64,000 nucleotides of DNA from Bdellovibrionales bacterium (GTDB taxonomy: Bacteria > Bdellovibrionota > Bdellovibrionia > Bdellovibrionales > UBA1609): NCBI GenBank assembly GCA_965243065.1, contig CBDETO010000005.1:1115520-1179519 (forward strand). The letters run 5' to 3'. The position numbers and the translations under genes were made by a program. This document shows positions 12,201-19,850 of the stretch, piece after piece (position 1 is the stretch's first letter; each line of letters begins with the position of its first letter). The notes under the pieces were generated by a model. That model did not search any database. It was not told the origin of the DNA and worked only from the letters and a program-made list of their open reading frames with translations.

Positions 12201-12594
12201 AATTCTTGTGGCGGGATTTTATCATCAAGAGAGGGATAAGTTTATTGTTCCTAAAGTAAAAACTTTTGACACTACTTTATTCACACCCTCTCATCCAGAA
12301 CAATTTTCAGGAAATGGGGACTATCTCACCTTTCTATTAAGGGACGAAAAAGAAAATAAAACTCTTCAAAAAATGATTCGTCCTTTTTATGAGACTCTTA
12401 TGGGTTTTTTACATCAAAAAGAGCCTTCAGGGAAGATGGATTGCAAGGCTTTGCCTTTTGATTTTTCTTATCTTCATGCTGCCTTTGATATTCCAGAGTA
12501 CGGGAATTTGGAAAATTTACAAGTGGTGGTTTTAGGTCCTAGTGGGAATGAAATTTTTTCATCCTCTGTTCCAAAGAGAAGAGTAAGATTTTGA
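9265..12594 (+). CDS. Large secreted Cys-rich protein with an HExxH zinc-metallopeptidase-like motif. The true start is probably upstream, around 9154.
   Basis: 1109-aa ORF containing HELVHLLGQRKD followed about 60 aa later by SIMDN (possible Met-turn). An in-frame signal-peptide-like segment KISISSLLCFAFFLFYSPLLFS lies upstream of the GTG at 9265. Confidence 0.7.
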   Translation: MDDGCLNYLNNTLLSKDSNRGVYQYCQGVLDNTKLCCVDPSQCSEPWGQSLAQDLRENSLEKVQKSSKPGTDGSSKEAGEAEGGRIYGGGTEALPSCELNKLSHLIDSLSEVQEEVCNVGLKNCRLNCENKLREVTNTFRQCFLIPNSYSIEKVLKKIKHHHVTKPTCYRKMYEVVEKYKGQSLDKKSLIREKLESKDIISCYKELKSVKTESSLNHFALSMCRQAQVKKAEETRVKKAEKRKTKEAKGMSGAEGVKAHQTPLATQEEQKSSSSSALGGNNLKPKAQNSKLHKLLSKPKASSSVSSGNRHGGASHKQAKPSSTTSHIPSSLDQNPTGTETRKTKTPPQTFFGKVSNKVKTFFGGITARIRGGVHTAQKKAIKQVHQRKYRKEGHVQITHQLVYQSVAAPQVEPFHIQEPQNNPEAPIFKSYDLVKGKPAGVLIKIQYQFPRHCFQNTNPYACIKQRDFSLKLEVRNQFVSIRCVPLKKIAKNDWQFNTSLRSSNKACAFSTRDFPFEEPVIYKFVELDTSQIEPVELKQYIKLDAATNIGEHYGIEQSSFSRLEDQTIMPINTENSHIPVRVSIVEQGKVIPNELSVKPNAESKLSLGNCGNNINLNAANEFCLNVLELEGLNLGFIRITGDYNREDKENKKHDNCYFSNLTSKDLGGVPNGYPAVSSEQVERFIESIEATSFLPSLLPLSRLHSSMLITKIGNNNFILGNCDNGEVSKEFLNIMPKRSGSSSGKGYKGGEGASPFSGKYFTYGLLKDIRNLRMERAEWRGQGKYDKLFAVVSKEYFLYHKLHKSLNLPRHEEIYGVSLVPAFRETLRDTLLIFNHDDHPWSFLGDVAFIREDQFNKGTLSHELVHLLGQRKDFYNILDPACRSFGGPLKNIPLKLCGGYKIPKALHARIEKGRLSWNFVTNRNSIMDNKQDIKKLWIDRESHQRVFSVMAKVSRVIQENKWQPHPQRGYLTKNAMFKKILVAGFYHQERDKFIVPKVKTFDTTLFTPSHPEQFSGNGDYLTFLLRDEKENKTLQKMIRPFYETLMGFLHQKEPSGKMDCKALPFDFSYLHAAFDIPEYGNLENLQVVVLGPSGNEIFSSSVPKRRVRF

Positions 12595-12633
12595 GTTTTT
12601 AAAAAACCATGATAAAAATACAAGTGTTTTATT

Positions 12634-13314
12634 ATGAAAAGTTTAATTTTATTTTTAGTTGTTTTTTCTTTTGATTCCTGGGCCATGTCTTGGTTTGAGA
12701 GAGAGCCTCAAGAGCTCCAGGAGATCAAGATTTATGGAGATTACCATCCTGGAGGGCCGGAGGAGATAGAAGATACTGAACAATACTGGCTTAAACATGG
12801 TGTTCTGGAAGAGGGAGATACTCTTGCAGATAGCTGGCAGACAGCTCATTTTCTTGAGTATTTAGGTAAAGAGCGATTTAGAACCGGCAGAGATTGGAAA
12901 CCAATAATTTATTGCTATGGTGAGATATTAGATGAAGATAGAGAGTTAGCTCCCGTGATTGATCCAAATTTAAGAGCCAGGATGTATGATCCAGAGGGAA
13001 ATCTTTTGGCAGAAGATATTTTAAGAGACAGAAATCCTGAACGAAAAGACCCTTTTTTAAGATCTGCTGTAATTTATCTGCCCTATCTTAGAAATGGGGA
13101 TGTGACTATACGGATTGTCCGACTAGAAGGAGAAGAAGAGATACTTTTATATGAACGAGATGGTGATGGTATTCGTTCTCACGAAAATCTTAAAGCACAC
13201 GATCAGACGGGTTGGAATAGCAATCTTCATCTGTATGGAGCTGGATATAAGCTTTATGAATCACCTTGGACACCTGAAAGACATTGGCTGCCTAAAGTGC
13301 CTTGTTATATGTAG
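12634..13314 (+). CDS. Secreted protein of unknown function, probably co-transcribed with the HExxH protein
   Basis: Signal peptide MKSLILFLVVFSFDSWA. Starts 40 nt after the preceding stop. Confidence 0.6.
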   Translation: MKSLILFLVVFSFDSWAMSWFEREPQELQEIKIYGDYHPGGPEEIEDTEQYWLKHGVLEEGDTLADSWQTAHFLEYLGKERFRTGRDWKPIIYCYGEILDEDRELAPVIDPNLRARMYDPEGNLLAEDILRDRNPERKDPFLRSAVIYLPYLRNGDVTIRIVRLEGEEEILLYERDGDGIRSHENLKAHDQTGWNSNLHLYGAGYKLYESPWTPERHWLPKVPCYM

Positions 13315-13324
13315 CTCTGCTCTG

Positions 13325-13371
13325 TCTATGTGGCCGTCAGGCAGAGTACTACGGCTTTAGCCGTGGGAATC
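13325..13371 (-). repeat. REP-like intergenic repeat (family 2), inverted copy
   Basis: The reverse complement GATTCCCACGGCTAAAGCCGTAGTACTCTGCCTGACGGCCACATAGA matches the copies at 21329-21376 and 21505-21548. It contains the hairpin CCACGGC-TAAA-GCCGTGG. Confidence 0.8.
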
Positions 13372-13489
13372 TATTGTTGTCCTTAAAATCAATTGATTGT
13401 ATGGAGTCGGATATAAGTTTTATGAAACATCTTGAACCCTTGAAGGGTCTTGAGTTCCTAAAGTATCTTTTTTGTGCATTCTAAATAAA

Positions 13490-13671
13490 AGTAGGAGGAC
13501 TCTTTTGTGTGCATCAATAAAAGTTCCATCGTAGGGCCCCTTGTTTTTGCCCTTCTTTCTTACATAAGTTTGCTCATCAAAGAAATGACTTTTTCTTTCA
13601 GGATAACCAAGTTCTTCTTCAAGATAAGGATAGATGAGTTTACTAAAGGTATTTAATTCATTCCAAGACAT
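13490..13671 (-). pseudogene. Possible N-terminal fragment of an HsdR_N / restriction-endonuclease-like protein
   Basis: MSWNELNTFSKLIYPYLEEELGYPE...DGTFID resembles the N-terminal domain of Type I R subunits. The ORF then runs into unrelated sequence and stops. Confidence 0.3.
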
Positions 13672-13840
13672 GAAAATTCCGGCTGTTTTAAATTAGCTTA
13701 CTACTTTAATATCAAATAAAAAATCTAAGTTTCAGTAATATATTGCAAAGCATTAAAGATGTTTGAAATAGGAGATAGGTTAAGGTCGTCTTATTTCCTT
13801 ATAGATATTTTTTTCTTTTTTTCCCGCTAGTTCCCGCTCA

Positions 13841-13887
13841 TAACCTGTTATAACCGCTGGTAACCTCTGGAGTCTGTTTATAACTTG
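13841..13887. repeat. Helically phased TAACC iteron-like array
   Basis: TAACCTGTTA TAACCGCTGG TAACCTCTGG sit at an exact 10-bp period, with TAACT at 13881. The array is preceded by TTCCCGCT x2 (13821-13838). Confidence 0.6.
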
Positions 13888-14069
13888 TTTGTTCTATTAG
13901 GAAAAGAGCTTTTTCCCGGCATGATTTTTGAAAAAACTGTTAATCTTTTACTTCATAAAAAAAATATTTTATTTTTTTATTTGCTTTTTTGTTTTTAATC
14001 TTTTTACATGTCAGCAGTTAAAGGTTTAAAGCCTCCCCATGTTGAGTTTGTTTAAGGAGGAAAAGAGTT

Positions 14070-14405
14070 ATGAGCATTCTTGATAATTTGACAGTTATTT
14101 CTTTTTTGCTGGCCGTCTTTCTTATTTTCCTCTCTAACTTCTTATATAAAAAACTGATGATTTCTCTTGAAGACCTGGAAGATTTGAAAAGGTTTAAAGA
14201 AGAAACTTTTGATCTTATTAAAAACCTTGAAACAAGAATCTATGAATACAGAATCATCACAGAGAAAACAGAAGAAAGTCAAAAAGACCTGAAGGAACAT
14301 TTTAAAAATCTTGATTACAGCTTTCAGACTTTAAAACAAACAGCCACAGAGCTTCAGTCTGCTCATCAGACTAAAAAAGCCATGTTGGATTTTATGAAAG
14401 GTTAA
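14070..14405 (+). CDS. Small membrane-anchored coiled-coil protein (element cargo)
   Basis: RBS AAGGAGG lies upstream. An N-terminal TM segment (VISFLLAVFLIFLSNFLY) is followed by a charged coiled-coil-like sequence. Confidence 0.5.
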   Translation: MSILDNLTVISFLLAVFLIFLSNFLYKKLMISLEDLEDLKRFKEETFDLIKNLETRIYEYRIITEKTEESQKDLKEHFKNLDYSFQTLKQTATELQSAHQTKKAMLDFMKG

Positions 14406-14569
14406 AAAGTATTTTTTAATTGTGTGTAAAAATTTGGATTTAAAAAAATAGAGGAAAAAATTTAAAGACGAAACAGGATAGAAAAGAAGTAAGACATTAA
14501 GTTTTAAAAAGTAAGTGTGTTTTGCAAGCTCAAAGTCTATATTGCAAAAATAAGTTAAAGAGGTGGAAA

Positions 14570-15529
14570 ATGTCTGAGAGAAAAGAAGAGATATTTAAGG
14601 AAAACTCAACAAATAAAAATTCCCCCTGCCCGAACACTCCCTCCTCTTTCAGTGGGGAGCTTGAGGGCAAGAGGAGGAATTCATCAAATGTATCTACTAC
14701 TATAAAACCCTATCAGGATAAAACAATTCAGAAAAACAAATTTTACTCTGCCATAGGCATCAATCAGAAGCTTTTTAAACAAAAACCTTTAGAAAGTAAA
14801 AAAACCTCTGTTCCAAGTCCCACAGAAAGAGACTTGATTCTTCTTGAAACTCTGGAAAGCTATGGAGTGCTTTCCACTGGGCAAATAAGAGAGCTTATAT
14901 TTAAAGGTATTAACACCAGAACGGTTTTAAGAAGGTTGAGGCTTTTAAAACAAAGAGGTTTTATATTTTCTTCAGAGGGGCTTCCCAATGGAGGTCTGGC
15001 TTGGATTTTGAGTAAAAAGTCTGCTTCCTTGTTTAAACATGATATTGAAACTAAAAGTATAAATAAAAACACCTTACAGCATGATGTAGCTATCTCTTCC
15101 ATAAGAATACAGCTTGAGAGGCTTAAAATAGCGGAAAGCTGGACATCAGAACATACCCTGAAGAAAGAAGTAGCAAAATCTATCTATGAAAAAAGGGAGA
15201 ATTCTCTTTGCTATATGGATGAGCCTCCCATAGTGCCAGACAGTCTGTTTATTACAAAACATGAAGGGGAGATGAAGGCTGTAGCTTTAGAACTGGAACT
15301 CTCCCTTAAGTCCAAAGCCAGATATAAGAAGATTTTTTCTCAATATAAAGAGAAGGAGAAGATTTGGTTTGTTTGGTATGTGGTTTTAAACCGATCAACT
15401 GGGGAAACCTTATCTGAGCTTTGGGATCGGTATGCGATATGGGGAGACTGTCAGTTTGCTTATTCTACACTGGAGGAGGTATTTAAGTATGATTTTAAAC
15501 TGCCAGAACCAAAAGAGAGGAAGAATTAA
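14570..15529 (+). CDS. Replication-relaxation (Replic_Relax) family-like wHTH protein
   Basis: ERDLILLETLESYGVLSTGQIRELIF...RTVLRRLRLLKQRGFI fits the N-terminal pattern of the replication-relaxation family. I prefer the ATG at 14570, which is preceded by GAGGTGG, over the TTG at 14522. Confidence 0.55.
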   Translation: MSERKEEIFKENSTNKNSPCPNTPSSFSGELEGKRRNSSNVSTTIKPYQDKTIQKNKFYSAIGINQKLFKQKPLESKKTSVPSPTERDLILLETLESYGVLSTGQIRELIFKGINTRTVLRRLRLLKQRGFIFSSEGLPNGGLAWILSKKSASLFKHDIETKSINKNTLQHDVAISSIRIQLERLKIAESWTSEHTLKKEVAKSIYEKRENSLCYMDEPPIVPDSLFITKHEGEMKAVALELELSLKSKARYKKIFSQYKEKEKIWFVWYVVLNRSTGETLSELWDRYAIWGDCQFAYSTLEEVFKYDFKLPEPKERKN

Positions 15530-15919
15530 GAGAATCCATTAAAAGAAGAAGAGAGGGAGAAATGGCTTTGAAAAGGAATCAAAAAAAGAGGTTTAAAATA
15601 AGAATGTCATCAGTATTTGAAATATACAGATTTGGTTTGCATTTTTATTTTATTCCATTTTTGCAAGATAGAAAAAATTCACTTCCCATCAGGATGAAAA
15701 AGACAAACACAATCAATATAAGATTAAAACAAATTCCTCAAAAGAGGTGTGGGCAGGTGCTGAAGAGTTTAAAAGGGCTATGGATACAGCCCTGCTCACA
15801 GGCAGGTTATGGGATAAAGGGGATAAAATGGGATTTTTGTATTTCTGCCCACCCTCTAAGCTTTGAATTTAAAAGGTTTTATGGAGTTTAGGGATTTAAA
15901 GAAACTGAGGAAACATCCC

Positions 15920-15973
15920 CTCCGAATCTGACCACTCTCCCTCATCATTTCGTAAGAGTGGTCAGATTCGGAG
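15920..15973. repeat. 19-bp perfect inverted repeat (hairpin, 16-nt loop)
   Basis: CTCCGAATCTGACCACTCT (15920-15938) pairs with AGAGTGGTCAGATTCGGAG (15955-15973). Confidence 0.9.
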
Positions 15974-16575
15974 AGGATGTAAGTGTAGTTAAGTTAGTAA
16001 GTAGTAAAGTTAAAGTGAGTTAAGGTTAAGGTGAGGGTAGGAGGGGTAAGTTTAGAAAAGGATGATGATTTTTGGCAGGCTGTGAAAGGTTTTGGTTGGT
16101 TGATGAAGTTGTTTTTGTTTTTTGCGGATTTGGTTTTTAGGATATTTTTTAGAGATAGGGTTTTGTTTGTGTGTGGAGTGACTATAACAATTTTTACTGA
16201 ACATAGTTTGTCTTTCTTTTTTTCTATTTGTTTCTTTTTGGGGGTTATAGAGGAAAAAGAAAAGGCACTGGAGGCAGAAAAGCTTTCACAGCCTGCCAAA
16301 AATCATCAGAGGAAGGAAGTTATTTTTTTAAACTGGATTCCCGCTTTCAAGGGACTGAAAACTCTTGGAGAACTGTCAGTTTAAATGAGTAACAAGTATT
16401 TTCTGGATTCTGGTTCCAGGCTGGAATGACGAGATTAAGGAGGTGATAAGCTTATATAAGAAACAAGATAAAGAAACAATAAAGTAAGTAGAAACAACTA
16501 TATTAAGTAAGAAATAAATTAAAGAGGTTCAAAAAATAAGTTGGTCTTTGAGCCTTAAGACAAAAGGGGGATATT

Positions 16576-17103
16576 ATGAGAAAGTTTAAAAAACAAAAGG
16601 GAAGGACAAGTAAAAACACAATCCAAAAAGATAAAAATCAACTGGAGCTAATTTTACAGGTCAAAGAATCTCCTAAGTGGGTTCAACCCTTAAAGGAGAA
16701 TCAGTTTGTCCAAGCGGTCAATCCTATTCAATCTCTCCAAAAGCCTCTGACTGCTAAGCATAAAAACTCCGTAAAACCGGCTAAGGCAAAGCAAAATACC
16801 AACTTGTCAAAAAAAGAAAAAAGGATTAAATTAAAAGCTCTTTCTTTGGAGGAAGTAAAAACAGAGAAAAACACTCTGAAAAAGGCTCCTCCGAATGGGC
16901 CTAATCCAAAGGAAGAAGAGCTCTTTGACAATTTAATATCGGTAGAGGAATTAGCGGTTATCTTCGGGTTAGCTCCCCAAACTATCCGTAATTGGATAGC
17001 TCTTGGAAAAATCCCTCATGTCAAGCTTGGGAGAAAACATTTTTTTCAGGAAAGGAGCGTGCAAAGGTGGTTAAACCGAAAGGAGGAACCACAATGGCCA
17101 TAA
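16576..17103 (+). CDS. Excisionase-family (MerR-like HTH_17) DNA-binding protein with a Lys-rich N-terminus
   Basis: C-terminal LISVEELAVIFGLAPQTIRNWIALGKIPHVKLGRKHFF is the excisionase-type HTH. Overlaps the integrase start by 10 nt. Confidence 0.7.
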   Translation: MRKFKKQKGRTSKNTIQKDKNQLELILQVKESPKWVQPLKENQFVQAVNPIQSLQKPLTAKHKNSVKPAKAKQNTNLSKKEKRIKLKALSLEEVKTEKNTLKKAPPNGPNPKEEELFDNLISVEELAVIFGLAPQTIRNWIALGKIPHVKLGRKHFFQERSVQRWLNRKEEPQWP

Positions 17104-18236
17104 TCAAAAGAAGATACCGTACAAAAAAACAACAAAAAGAAGTCATCTTTTATCGTGCTGAAGTATATGTAAAAGGTGTTCGCATATCAGCGAAAACTTT
17201 TACAATAAAGCGGGAAGCTATACTATGGCATGAAAAAGAAAAACAACAATACACTCTTGATCCTGCTAGTCTGAATGATAAAATGCTGTTCAGAAACTGT
17301 ATAGATAAATATTGGGAAGACATTCACACCCGTATGATGAAGTCCACAGTTCAAGGCTATGAAAGTCGTTTGACATATCTTTACTCAGGCCCCTTAGCTA
17401 ATATAAAAATGGCTGAACTTAAAGGAGTTCATGTCGTAGAGTGGATTAGCTGGCTTAAAAAACAGCCAACAGTAAAGAACAAAGGAAGAAAAAGTTTTAT
17501 TAAGGACTTGGAATTATTAAAGACTATTCTAAACTGGTATAAAAATTTCCTTAATGAAAACTTCAATGTTCCTATTACAAAGAAGCATAAGCAAATGTGT
17601 CTCTTTAAACCGAATGTTCCAAGACGACCGGATTATTTCATAGAACCGGATGATGCAAGAAAGTGGGTGGAATGGCTTAAAGAACATAGAAGCAATCCAG
17701 TTTATTGGAGACTAGCTTCCTTTATGTTGCTTACAGGAGCAAGGGTTGGAGAAGCCTGTGGACTGAAATGGTCTGCTGTGGATTTAAAACATGGGATTGC
17801 CCGTGTTATAAGAAGAGTTCGGTGGGATCATTTTACAAGGAAGCCTTTTTTAGAAGAGGTAACAAAGACTTCTCAATCTGCAAGACTTCTTATTCTTCCA
17901 AAAAGATTACAAGACATTCTTTTGGAAATGAAAAGAACGGCCATGAATGATTTGGTATTTACAGATACTAAAGGGGAACTCTTAAAATATAATGCAGTTC
18001 AATCAGCTTTCAATGCTGGTTTTGTAGCATTAAATCTCCCTTGGCGTTCAACTCATATTTGCCGCCATACTTACGCAACGATGGCACTTATGGGAACAAA
18101 AAATCTTTCTGCTGTTCAAGCCAGTCTTGGACATAGAGAGCAGAGAGTAACTCAGAGGTATGCAAAGGCTGTTGCCCTTTTGAGTTCAGATATAGGAGAG
18201 AAGACATCTTCTATATTATTTAATACAGCCAAGTAA
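17094..18236 (+). CDS. Tyrosine recombinase / phage-type integrase
   Basis: The start MAIIKRRY is preceded by AGGAGG. Catalytic-domain motifs present: LLTGARVGEACGLKWSAVDL, HICRHTYATMAL, LGHREQRVTQRY. Confidence 0.9.
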   Translation: MAIIKRRYRTKKQQKEVIFYRAEVYVKGVRISAKTFTIKREAILWHEKEKQQYTLDPASLNDKMLFRNCIDKYWEDIHTRMMKSTVQGYESRLTYLYSGPLANIKMAELKGVHVVEWISWLKKQPTVKNKGRKSFIKDLELLKTILNWYKNFLNENFNVPITKKHKQMCLFKPNVPRRPDYFIEPDDARKWVEWLKEHRSNPVYWRLASFMLLTGARVGEACGLKWSAVDLKHGIARVIRRVRWDHFTRKPFLEEVTKTSQSARLLILPKRLQDILLEMKRTAMNDLVFTDTKGELLKYNAVQSAFNAGFVALNLPWRSTHICRHTYATMALMGTKNLSAVQASLGHREQRVTQRYAKAVALLSSDIGEKTSSILFNTAK

Positions 18237-18260
18237 AAGTTATTTTATTCCGGCTTTTAA

Positions 18261-18282
18261 AAAATCACGCAAAAATCACGCA
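18261..18282. repeat. Tandem 11-nt direct repeat AAAATCACGCA x2 between integrase and tRNA-Ser
   Basis: Read directly from the sequence. Possible recombinase arm or core site. Confidence 0.6.
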
Positions 18283-18335
18283 AAAAAACACTTCACTTCG
18301 AAAAATTCTAATGTTTCTAAGGGTTAGAAAAACAG

Positions 18336-18428
18336 TGGCGGAGGGAGAGGGATTCGAACCCTCGGTACGAGCATTACTCGTACGGTCGTTTAGCAAACGA
18401 CTGGTTTCAGCCTCTCACCCATCCCTCC
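18336..18428 (-). tRNA. tRNA-Ser (anticodon GCU), long variable arm, CCA encoded
   Basis: The reverse complement folds as acceptor GGAGGGA/TCCCTCC, anticodon stem GTCGT/ACGAC with loop TTGCTAA, variable arm CGTACGAGTAATGCTCGTACC, T arm GAGGG-TTCGAAT-CCCTC, and 3' GCCA. Confidence 0.9.
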
Positions 18429-18577
18429 TCTTTACCTCTTAACATAACAAAACTACGGAATATCTTAAACCCGTCGCTCATAAAATCAAAACTGATTTTA
18501 TGCCCTCTGTTCTCTGCTCCCATTAGGTCGCAGACTCTACGAGCCACAGACAACACAGGTCGCTCCTTTACTCCTCT

Positions 18578-18666
18578 TAGGGAGAGGGAGTTCGAAGCCT
18601 CGGTACGAGCATTACTCGTACGGTCGTTTAGCAAACGACTGGTTTCAGCCTCTCACCCATCCCTCC
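18578..18666 (-). pseudogene. Decayed second copy of tRNA-Ser(GCU)
   Basis: Identical to the intact gene from the 5' end through the variable arm. The T arm (GAGGC TTCGAAC TCCCTC) and the 3' acceptor strand no longer pair. Part of a ~238-bp tandem duplication. Confidence 0.8.
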
Positions 18667-18879
18667 TCTTTACCTCTTAACATAACAAAACTACGGAATA
18701 TCTTAAACCCGTCGCTCATAAAATCAAAACTGATTTTATGCCCTCTGTTCTCTGCTTCCTATTGGTCGCAGACTCTACGAGCCGCAGACTCTACAAGCCA
18801 CAGACAACACAGGTCGCTCCTTTACTTTTGTAAGTTTTACACATGTAAGAATGAGAAAAAAGTGCTATAGTGATGTTCC

Positions 18880-18953
18880 GCGCCCGTAGCTCAGCTGGAT
18901 AGAGTACCTGACTACGGATCAGGGGGTCGGAGGTTCGAATCCTTCCGGGCGCG
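18880..18953 (+). tRNA. tRNA-Arg (anticodon ACG)
   Basis: GCGCCCG acceptor, D arm GCTCAGCTGGATAGAGT, anticodon stem CCTGA/TCAGG with loop CTACGGA, T arm GGAGG-TTCGAAT-CCTTC. No encoded CCA. Confidence 0.9.
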
Positions 18954-18961
18954 CTTTTCTC

Positions 18962-19735
18962 TTATTTCCAGTTAATTTTAACCTCATCAAATTGCTCTTT
19001 TTTTTGCTCATCCGGGTCTATAGGCTCTAAAATAGCTTTCAGATCCTTTGTAAAATACACATTATAACCTTGTTCCTTGGCGGCCTGCACAAATTTCCTT
19101 ATAAACTCCCTTTTTTCATTGGCATTTCTTTCTGCTAGATACTCCTCCAGCCACTCCTGATGAGCTATTTGCCGACGAACCACATCTTCCGGGTCTTCAT
19201 ATTTGTCATTCTCAAATGGCTGTTCACTTATCTTATCAAACACTTCTTTAATGTTAGAGTTATCTGGAAAATGAACACCCATATCTAAAGGAGATAAGCC
19301 CGGTTCCTGAAGATCAACTTCCCCCACCGGTTCTTTAAATTTTTCAGAAATAGCCCTTTGTGATTTCATATCCTGCTTAAGTTTCAGTTTCATTTCCTTC
19401 TGCTTTATCCTCTCTTCCATAGTGAGCTTTTTTCCCGGTTGCTCTATCAGTTGGGAACCCGAAATAGGCACTTTTTCATCTTGGAACAAGTAAAAAAAAG
19501 CAATAACAGCAGTAACTACAAATAGAGCAGGAAATAGCATAGAACTATTTTTTTGTGACTTTACCACTCTTTTTTCTGGAGAAGCACTTCTTTGAGATAA
19601 AGAGTAAGAGCGAGACCGGGAACGAACATCGGATTTAGAGCGAGAGCGGGAAGAACGGGAATGAGCACGGCTCCTGTGTTTTCTTCTTTTTTTCTGAGAA
19701 TTAGACATAATCTTCCTATCGGCATATTTTCGCAA
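18962..19735 (-). CDS. Membrane-anchored protein with an Arg/Ser-rich N-terminal tail, unknown function
   Basis: N-terminus RRKHRSRAHSRSSRSRSKSDVRSRSRSYSLSQRS, then a TM helix MLFPALFVVTAVIAFFYLF, then an acidic C-terminal domain. Confidence 0.6.
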   Translation of the reverse strand: MRKYADRKIMSNSQKKRRKHRSRAHSRSSRSRSKSDVRSRSRSYSLSQRSASPEKRVVKSQKNSSMLFPALFVVTAVIAFFYLFQDEKVPISGSQLIEQPGKKLTMEERIKQKEMKLKLKQDMKSQRAISEKFKEPVGEVDLQEPGLSPLDMGVHFPDNSNIKEVFDKISEQPFENDKYEDPEDVVRRQIAHQEWLEEYLAERNANEKREFIRKFVQAAKEQGYNVYFTKDLKAILEPIDPDEQKKEQFDEVKINWK

Positions 19736-19850
19736 ATCTAAAACCAGAAAATGAAAACATTTTTGAACCTTCGGCCCGGGATAAAACCCTTTTGATTTTA
19801 AACTCCATTAAAATATTTGTTTCTTTTTTTATTTTTGATACACTGAAAAC

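Noticed and set aside
8486-14069. A distal attL copy of the tRNA-Ser 3' end (GGAGGGAGAGGGATTCGAACCC) delimiting the integrative element
   Set aside because: I scanned by eye and found no convincing second copy. A short (under 15 nt) core could have been missed, so the left boundary is left open rather than asserted.
15562-16384. Three ORFs (15562-15891 +, 15994-16299 -, 16031-16384 +)
   Set aside because: They overlap each other, the 19-bp hairpin, the C-free tract and family-1 palindromes (one translates as WIPAFKGL). Their composition is odd, they have no RBS, and the frames are most likely open because of the compositional skew.
16992-17093. Upstream extension of the integrase ORF (start at 16992)
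   Set aside because: The extension overlaps the excisionase coding region in another frame. The ATG at 17094 has a perfect AGGAGG RBS and gives the typical MAI..R integrase N-terminus.
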